29,837 bases of DNA, taken from Prasinococcaceae sp. CCMP 1430. Its lineage: Eukaryota > Plantae > Prasinodermophyta. How positions within the stretch are numbered: the stretch's first letter is position 1; every line of letters starts with the position of its first letter. Where the stretch lies: assembly GCA_013416795.1 (NCBI GenBank), contig RQSC01000030.1, forward strand, positions 355,884 through 385,720. Reading direction: 5' to 3'. Shown here one piece after another: positions 1-7,378 of this stretch. A model generated the notes under the pieces. That model was given only the letters and a program-made list of their open reading frames with translations, searched no databases and was not told the origin of the DNA. The position numbers and the translations under genes are program-made.

Positions 1-98
1 CCTCGCGCGCGCGACCGCCCTGCGCGCCGCCTTCGCGCGGCCGCGCAGGGCGGGAGACGGGCAGGCGGGGCGCGCGAGCTCGCCCGTCGCGCGCACAG

Positions 99-380
99 AC
101 CGAGCGCTTCTGGGGCGGATGGGACGAGTGCTATCCGCGGCCACCGGAGGAACAGCGCTGCGAGACCTGCCTGGGGTTCGCGCGCGTCAAGTGCAAGCAC
201 TGCCACGGCGCCGGCCGCCTGAACTACACCGACGAGCCGCTCCTGCCCAAGGGCGTACGGCCCATGTTCTGCCCGAGCTGCCGAGGGAGCGGCCTCGCTG
301 CGTGCGACGCGTGCTGGGGCTCGGGCGTCAAGCGGCGGCCGGTGGGCTTCAGCGTGCCGGGCACGGACGGCGAGGCGTAG
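99..380 (+). CDS. DnaJ-type zinc-finger (CxxCxGxG) protein, 3' part (not in the ORF track)
   Basis: Frame from 99 reads TERFWGGWDECYPRPPEEQR-CETCLGFARVK-CKHCHGAG...-CPSCRGSG-LAA-CDACWGSG...GEA*, stop TAG 378-380. It has four CxxCxGxG-type repeats. Possible acceptor cacag at 94-98, but the frame is also open to the window start. Confidence 0.8.
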   Translation, partial: TERFWGGWDECYPRPPEEQRCETCLGFARVKCKHCHGAGRLNYTDEPLLPKGVRPMFCPSCRGSGLAACDACWGSGVKRRPVGFSVPGTDGEA

Positions 381-497
381 CACGAGGCGCCTCGGGCCGG
401 GATTGCGAGGCAGGCGGCGGGCGCGGTCCACGCGCGGCGCGCGACTGCTCGCCGCCGCTGTAAAGTGTGTACAGTGTACTGGTACAGAGCCGCGCGC

Positions 498-1602
498 TCA
501 CAGGAGCGCGAGCCACGGAGCAGCGGCGGCGAGCGGCACGAGCAGGTTGTCGTTGCTGGTGGCGACGAGCTCGACTACGGAGGCTGCGACGGCAGCGACC
601 ACCGAGCGCGGCCGCAGCAGCGCACCCTGCGCGAGCGGCGCGGCGAGTGAGCGCGTCAGCAGCGCGCCGTGGGCACGCGCCGCGCCGCGTGATGCGGAAG
701 AAGGCGCGCGCGCGGCACGTCAGCCAGCCATGGGCAGCGCTCACCTGTGCGAGGTACGTCGCCACGAAGCATGCGGTCGCACCCTCCAGCGACTTGCCGT
801 TGGGCAGCCGTGGCGACGCCCTTCCGCCCAGCCGGCTCCCGAGGGCCGCCGCCGCTGTGTCGCCCACGCCGAGCGCCGCGAGCGCGGCGATCGAAGCCTC
901 CTGAGGCCAGTCCGGCCCGACGAGCCACAGCGTGCAGCCGATGCCGAGCGCGAGGGTGAGGTGCGACGTGACCAGCGCGCCGGCGTCGCGCTCGTCCCGC
1001 AGCGGGGCAGTCAGCGCCTCGAACAGCCTCGCCAGCGGCGCAGGCCAACCGCGCAGACGCACGCCCTCGCACACGCACAGCAGCGCCACGACGCCTGCAG
1101 ACGCCAGGGACACGAGCCGCCGCCCAGCCAATGACCGCAGCAACGGCGCGAGCGCGAAGAACGCGAGCACGTGGTAGCCCTTGCGCACGGCGATGCGCGG
1201 CGCCCAGCCTCGTGCGGCGGCCGCCGTCAGGGCCGTCGCCGCTGCTACCCCCGCGACGGCGATCGCTGCGAGATGCGTCGCGAACGGCTCGACGACGGCG
1301 CGCAGGTGCGCGTATGGCGCCGTGTACAGCGCGACGGCCGCGAGCGCGAGGGCGTACGGGGGGCGCCCGCGCGCAGCGAGCGTGAGCGCGGCCGCTGAGC
1401 CCGTCGCAGCAGCGCGCAGCGCGCGCGCATCCGGGTCTCGCCAGCTGTCGCGGTCGATGGCGTCGGTTGCTATCGCGGCCATGGTGGCGCCCAGCAGCGC
1501 CACCTCGCCAGCTGCGAGGCTCGACGGGAACGCCAGCGCGACGCGCGACGCGGCGACGGCGCCCGCGTAGCCGCTTGCAATCGCGACGATGGCTGACCGC
1601 AT
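498..1602 (-). CDS. Dolichol kinase-like polytopic membrane protein (CTP_transf_1 type); exons 745-1602(+) and 498-626; start uncertain
   Basis: Motifs FPSSLAAGE, RKGYH, DERDAGALVTSHLTLALG, GVGDTAAAALGSRLG, GKSLEG and, after the intron, ELVATSNDNLLVPL*. Intron 627-744 has CAG|GTGAGC, a gctgac branch point and a gcgcag acceptor, phase 0, and restores the conserved C-terminus. Confidence 0.85.
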
Positions 1603-2065
1603 CGATCCGCTGTCCCACGCCACCGCCAGAAGTGCAAGCGTGGCCACGGCCCTGCCCACCCCCCCGCTAATCGCGCGGCCGTTGATCACGATGCTGCCCG
1701 CGCCGCCTCTGCGTGGCGCCCACGCCGCCGCCGCCAGCGCCGGAGCGAGCGCGGGGCTGTCGGCGAGCAGCGCGGCCGTGGGCAGCGCGAGCGCTCCCAG
1801 CGTGGCGGAGCCCGGCGGCGACCCCGGCGCCGCCGATGCCGCAGGGCCCCCGCGCGTCGATCGGCTGCTGGCGGACGGGCGCGCTGAGTCAGCGCGGGCG
1901 CCACTGGGCGCGCGGCGGACGTGGGAGAGGCGGGAGAGGCGGGGGAGGCGGGGGGGTCGGGGAGTGAGTGGGGTGAGGGGCGTTGTGAGGGCAGAAGGGG
2001 TGGAGGCCGTGGGCGGCCGGGGTGGACAGAAGGGGCCGGCGGCAACTGCCGCCGCCGCTCCCGCG

Positions 2066-3889
2066 ATGGCGGCCGCCGCGGCTCCTCGGCGAGCGCTCGC
2101 GCTCTTCCTGCTCGGGCAGGAGCTGTACGACTGCGGCGACGGCTGCGGCGCGGAGGCAGCGCTCTGCGCGTGCGCGCGCGCGTGCGGCGGCGCGATCGAT
2201 GGCATCGTAGGCGAGGACGAGATCGAAGGCGAGGGCGAGGGGGAGGGGGAGGGAGAGGAGGGCGGCGCGCCTGTCATCCCGCGCGAGTATGTCCTGTCGG
2301 CGGCGCTCGACGCGCTCGGCAATGTCCACATGGACCGCGCGTCATCCGCCGGCTTTCCGCTGTCGGCCTCGGCCGACGCAGCGGCGCATGCGCTGGCGGC
2401 GGAGAGTGCGTATGAGGCGGCGGTGCGCGCGTGGCCTCGTCAGGCGCAGGCGGCGCTGTCCCTCGCGCTGCTACGCAGGGACGCGGGGCGCCGCGAGGAA
2501 GCCATACGAACGTGGGCAGGCGTGCTCGCGCTTCAGGGGGAGGACGCGATCGCAGACGCCGAGCTCGCAGAGGAGTGGGGCAGCGCGGCCGCGGCCGTGC
2601 CTTTCGCGCGTGCGGAGAGGTGCGTGGCCGCGGCGGCCGCGGGCAAGATTGACATCGCCGACGCGGACGCCGCGGCGCTCGGGTACACGCGCCGGCTCTC
2701 CAAGGCCCTGTGGTGTGAGGCGGACGGGTGTGGGCCGGACAGGAGGCGCGTGTGCGCCGCTGCCGACGCCGACGCCAGCGCGCCGGCGGTCTTCCACGAT
2801 GCGGTGCCGCGCGCGGCGGCCGCGCAGCTGCGCGCGGCGTTCGCGCCGGATGCGCCGTACTGGCATGAGACGGGCTACGCGCGCGCGTCTTCGGAGCGCG
2901 CCTACTTTACGTTCGGCGTGGGCGACCTGCCCGCTCTCGTCGCCGGCGAGCGCGCCCCCGCGGATGCCGTAGAGGCGCTCATCAGGCGGCTGGCGCCGCT
3001 CGCGCAGGCCTACCTCGATGCGCGGCGCGCGCCGGCGCGATGCGCGGGTGCGTCCGGTGCGGGCGGCCAGCAGCTCTGCGAATGCGAGTGGTGGATACAC
3101 GCGCGTCCCAGCGGCGGCCGCTCCCCCGGACACCAGCTGCACTTCGACACTGAGGAGCGGACCATGGAGCTCAGCGGTGGGCGCAGCGTGGTCCACCCTG
3201 CGGTGAGCTCTGTCGTCTACCTCTCGGGCGGCGACGGGTCGGTCGACGCACCCGGGGATCCCACGGTCGTGCTGGACCAGACGCTCGGCGGCGCACCAGC
3301 GCGACGCGCGTGGGTGGTGCATCCGCGGGCGCGCTCCTTCATGGTCTTCGATGGCGATCGACTGCATGGCGTTTTGCCCGGCGGCAGGCGGGGCGGCGGC
3401 GGCGAGCCGTACGAAAGCGGCCCCGATGTCCTGAACAGCGGCCTACCCGCTGCGCAGCGCCTCACGCTGCTCATCGCGTGGTACGCCGAAGGCCAGCCGC
3501 TGCTACGAGAGGCGAGCGGTAGCAAGCGGGCGCGCGCGCTCACGGCACGCGGATCCATTCCCCGCCCCACGCGCGGCCGCACGTGGCCGCGCGCGCTCCA
3601 GCTCGAGGCAGACGATGCGCCGAGCGCGCAGGCGGAGGAGGCCGAGCCGGCGGAGTGGCGTCCACCGGCGATATCGCCCGCCTGGGAGGACGTGCGCCCC
3701 GCCGGCGGGCCCTCGCGCGTGGCGGGCGCGGCGGCAGACAGCGCCCGCGTGCCCGCGGATGACCTTGAGGAGGCCTACAAGACCCACTTCTTCCTGGTGC
3801 GCGAAGACGACGTGGAGCGCCGCTTGTGGGAGGAGCACGGCGAGGACGGCACGTACACGCGAGCGAGCGAGAAGCGACGGCGCGCGTGA
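2066..3889 (+). CDS. TPR-like N-terminus plus 2OG-Fe(II) oxygenase-like domain protein
   Basis: Likely ATG 2066 within ORF 1589-3889. TPR-like AESAYEAAVRAWPRQAQAALSLALLRRDAGRREEAIRTW. CEWWIH...HQLHFD (HxD at 3140-3148), SSVVYL, FDGDRLHGV (distal His), RLTLLIAW (candidate 2OG-binding Arg). Confidence 0.7.
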   Translation: MAAAAAPRRALALFLLGQELYDCGDGCGAEAALCACARACGGAIDGIVGEDEIEGEGEGEGEGEEGGAPVIPREYVLSAALDALGNVHMDRASSAGFPLSASADAAAHALAAESAYEAAVRAWPRQAQAALSLALLRRDAGRREEAIRTWAGVLALQGEDAIADAELAEEWGSAAAAVPFARAERCVAAAAAGKIDIADADAAALGYTRRLSKALWCEADGCGPDRRRVCAAADADASAPAVFHDAVPRAAAAQLRAAFAPDAPYWHETGYARASSERAYFTFGVGDLPALVAGERAPADAVEALIRRLAPLAQAYLDARRAPARCAGASGAGGQQLCECEWWIHARPSGGRSPGHQLHFDTEERTMELSGGRSVVHPAVSSVVYLSGGDGSVDAPGDPTVVLDQTLGGAPARRAWVVHPRARSFMVFDGDRLHGVLPGGRRGGGGEPYESGPDVLNSGLPAAQRLTLLIAWYAEGQPLLREASGSKRARALTARGSIPRPTRGRTWPRALQLEADDAPSAQAEEAEPAEWRPPAISPAWEDVRPAGGPSRVAGAAADSARVPADDLEEAYKTHFFLVREDDVERRLWEEHGEDGTYTRASEKRRRA

Positions 3890-4073
3890 TCTCTCGCGGC
3901 GCGCGCGTCTCAGCTGGCGCGCGGTCGGTGTAGAAGTCACTAATTATTCTTCCTCTTCGTGCGATGCGCGGTGCGCTGTGCGCGTGTGCAGTAGCCTGGG
4001 GATGCAGGGAGGGGGGGGGGGTAGGGGGGGCGCTGCGCTACGCCACGGACGGGTGCGGCCTTCATCAAGTGCC

Positions 4074-5900
4074 TCAGTCGCCACCCTTCGCCGCGCCGGC
4101 GGGCGGCTGCACCGCGACCGCAAACGAGGCTTCGCCGCCGTCGCCGCCGCTCTCAGTCGCGTTGCTGTCGGCCGCACCTCCCTCGCCCCCAGCGGCGGTG
4201 CCGCTCGCGTTGCCAGCAACGCTGGGCGTGCTCGCGCTGAGTATCATGTCGTTCAGCATGAGGACGTCATCCGCCGTGACCTCGCCGTCCGCGTTGATGT
4301 CGTGTCTCAACAGGTCGCAGCGCGAGAACGCGGTCGGATCGTCCACCCAGTCGATGCTCGTCATGAACCCGAGCAGCTCCGCGAGGTCGCTCTGGTCGAG
4401 CGCCCCGCTCCCGTCCAGGTCGCCCGGTGCGCCGGCCGATGCGCCGCAGCACTGCGCCGCGGTGAGCTCGGTAAGCCTCTCAGGGTCGTAGAACTCGGCG
4501 TAGGTGCAGTGGCCCTCGACGCTCGCGCAGCCGCGCATCGGATTGTAGCAACGCGCGCGGGGGAACATCGGGCAATCTGCGTACGCGCTCACCAGCTCTC
4601 CGCCCCTCTCGAGCTCGATGGTGTTGGCGCATGGGTTGGCCTCGTCTTCCGCCGCTCCGCAGGTGGCGGCCACCGACTCGAGCATGAGCGTGAAAATGCC
4701 CGCGGGTGACGCCGACGACGCGGCGCCCTCCGCCGCCGTGGCCGAGGCGTTGGCGTCCGCGCCCGCGACCACCGGGCAGCGGCAGGGACACGCGGCGTTG
4801 CAACGAATGGGCTCGCCCATGCATACGGCCTGACACGGCGACGTGGTGTGGTTGCTGATGCTGCAGTACGAGTTGCCGAGCGCGGCCGCGCCTGCGTCCT
4901 CCTCGGCGCACTCCGCAGCGCACGCGGCCCTGCGCGTGCTGTCGTCGACCTCGTCGTCGTCGAGGCCAATCTCCCCCCCGCTTGCGTCGCCGTCCTGGTC
5001 GCCCTCGTCTTTCCCGGGTGTGGGCTGCGGGGCGCTGGCGGCGTCGAGCGGCTCACACGTGCCCTTGCAGCCGCCGGGGCACACCTCCGCGCCTCCGTGC
5101 GGGTTGCTGTGGTTGCAAAAGGCCACCGTGGGCTGGCAGGCGAGCTCGCGGCTCAGGAACTCGTCCCAGCCGCATGCGCCACCGATGGGCACGTATGACG
5201 AGCCCGAGCCGGAGGGGGTGGTGCTGCTGTTGGCGGCAGAGTCGTTTTGGGGGAATGCCGCGCCAGCCACGGCCGTCATCCCGGGCTCTGCCGCGACGTC
5301 GCTCTCGCCACTTCCCTCGCCGCTGCTGCCACGCTCTGGCGGTGCGACGCAGGTGCCAGGGCACCCGCCAGCGCACATGAACCCCGCCGGCTGCGACAGC
5401 GTGAAGTCGCACGCGAGCCCCGGCGCGCACACCATCGCGCCCTCCTCGCACGCCTCGCGGTGGCCACAGGCGCCGCCCTCTCGCACGTACTCGGCGCAAC
5501 GGCGCACCAGGCCTCCGTCGCAGCTCTGCACTTCCTGGCAGAAGAACGCTTCGCGGCCGGTCACGTCGCCCCTCTTGGCGGCGGGAGCGAGGATTGCCGC
5601 GCAGTCCGCGTCCGTGTCGCACGGGTGGCTTCCCGCCGACGCGAAATGCTCTCGCACGCGCGAGACGAGTGCGGCGTGCACGTGCGCGTGGTGTGGCGTT
5701 TCGGCCTCGTCGTTGTCCACCTCGTGCTTGCCCACGGCGCGCGGTGCGCCCGCGGCCACCGCGGCGGGGCCATGAGCGGCGCAGAGCACGCCCGCCAGGG
5801 CACACGCGAGCAGTGCCGCTGCACTCCCCGTATCACGAGCACGGGCGGCCACGCGGGGGCGGCCTGGCGCGGCCGCGCCTCGCCGCCGGCAGACCCCCAT
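4074..5900 (-). CDS. Secreted Cys-rich protein: two Cys-rich repeats, Kazal-like module, further Cys module, C-terminal dockerin-like domain
   Basis: ATG 5900 followed by hydrophobic AAALLACALAGVLCAAHG. Repeats YVxxGGACG...CxGGCxGTC (5349-5489, 5055-5195). Kazal-like CSISNHTTSPCQAVCMGEPIRCNAACPC. GDLDGSGALDQSD...DINADGEVTADD at 4239-4424. Stop TGA 4074-4076. Confidence 0.8.
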   Translation of the reverse strand: MGVCRRRGAAAPGRPRVAARARDTGSAAALLACALAGVLCAAHGPAAVAAGAPRAVGKHEVDNDEAETPHHAHVHAALVSRVREHFASAGSHPCDTDADCAAILAPAAKRGDVTGREAFFCQEVQSCDGGLVRRCAEYVREGGACGHREACEEGAMVCAPGLACDFTLSQPAGFMCAGGCPGTCVAPPERGSSGEGSGESDVAAEPGMTAVAGAAFPQNDSAANSSTTPSGSGSSYVPIGGACGWDEFLSRELACQPTVAFCNHSNPHGGAEVCPGGCKGTCEPLDAASAPQPTPGKDEGDQDGDASGGEIGLDDDEVDDSTRRAACAAECAEEDAGAAALGNSYCSISNHTTSPCQAVCMGEPIRCNAACPCRCPVVAGADANASATAAEGAASSASPAGIFTLMLESVAATCGAAEDEANPCANTIELERGGELVSAYADCPMFPRARCYNPMRGCASVEGHCTYAEFYDPERLTELTAAQCCGASAGAPGDLDGSGALDQSDLAELLGFMTSIDWVDDPTAFSRCDLLRHDINADGEVTADDVLMLNDMILSASTPSVAGNASGTAAGGEGGAADSNATESGGDGGEASFAVAVQPPAGAAKGGD

Positions 5901-7211
5901 CGTGCTGGCCTTGCTTCCTCGCCTGCGCGGCAGTGTGTGCTCCGCGGCAACCAAGCGCCTGCGAGCGCACGCCGACCGCGAGAACGAGCGGCCCGTGCCG
6001 CGACTGCACCCGCTCGCCCGCCACCGGGCGGCCAGCGACCGTCGGCGCACGCCCCCTCGCCCTTGTTGCCCTTATGCTGTCCCAGTCCCCCCCGCGGCGC
6101 ACGCGCGCAGCGCCGGCGCTGTGGTGCGGCCGCGCCCGTGACGCCGCCGCGCGCCGGGGGCCGCCGCCGCGCACACGCCCGCGCTCGTCAACGCGCCCTT
6201 TCGACCCCCGCCCAACTCAGCGCAGAAGCGCTGCGGTTCGCGTTGACATCGCCGGAATGCGCATTAAAATCATATTGGCATGCGTATTGCAGTAAACCTC
6301 GATACTGAGATTTCGAGCTCGCATTCGCATGCACGCTGCTCCGGACGAATTCGGATGTGCGGTCGCAACGGCGCGCATCCGCGCAAGTCGCATCAGACGA
6401 CGACTCCCACGTCGGGCTGACCTCGCGGGGCCTCAGGCCCGCGGGGGGTGGGAGCTGGAGGCAGCGAGGGGGGCAGGCGGCAGGGCTTCCTACCACGGGG
6501 CGGCTTCCGCTGCACTCGAGGCCGTTGTAAGGAACCCGTGGCAGGGCTTTGGCAGAGGGTTTGCGTGCCCGCGCCAAGGGAGGGGGGCCTGGGCCTCGCG
6601 TGGCGTGCCCGCGCGGGGCGCCGTGAGGGGAAGGGGGCAAGGGCGAGGGAAGGGTGCGCAAAGGGAGGGTTTGCGGCGCTGCCTGCTCGAGTTGACTCCG
6701 AATGCCGCGGTTGACTTCCCCGCCAGGGTGGCTCACTCCCCCAGCTGGCAGCTGGCCCCAATGTGCCGTGCTATGCGCACGTTCAATCAACTGTAAAAAA
6801 CGCTTCATACGGTTGCTTGCATCCGTGCCCTCAGTGAGCGCACATTCGGTGCATCGCAACTTTCCAACTTCGCAAGGAAAGTAATGACTTCGCGAAAATG
6901 AAGGCGGGTTCGGTCGGGGGAGGCCCGCGAGCGATCGCGCGGGAGTGCTTTCAATGCCATCTCCCATCCACGTGTCGGGTCCCCCCGTGGCGGCCCCGTC
7001 CGTTACGTCTCGGCGGGAGTGCGGTTTGTCAACGCCCTCCGCCGCTGCCACGCGTGCTTAGCGCCGTGTCCTCACGCACTGGCGTTGGGCTTATCCATAC
7101 CCAACCCAACCCAACAGGTCTCGCACGCGCATCGTCGCGGCGCGCCGGATTTGGCAGCGCGCGCGCCGCGCACGCCCACCGCCGCCGCGCGCGACGTTGA
7201 CTGCGGGGGCG

Positions 7212-7248
7212 NNNNNNNNNNNNNNNNNNNNNNNNNNNNNNNNNNNNN
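7212..7248. other. Assembly gap (37 N)
   Basis: Run of n in the sequence. Confidence 0.99.
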
Positions 7249-7378
7249 GGAGGGGGCGCAGCGCGCGCGCGCGGCGGCGGAGGCGGGAGAGGCAGCGGAG
7301 GGGGGTCGCGACGGCAGGTGGTCGACACACGCGAGACGCGGGCTCATCCGGCGGCGAGCTGCTGCTCGCGGTGGTGGG

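Noticed and set aside
349-497. Unspliced C-terminal extension of the dolichol kinase ORF
   Set aside because: It is intron read-through; the spliced model restores the conserved NDNL C-terminus and stops at 498.
7019-7378. N-terminal extension of the subtilisin ORF from 7019
   Set aside because: It crosses the 37-N gap, and a normal signal peptide follows ATG 7379.
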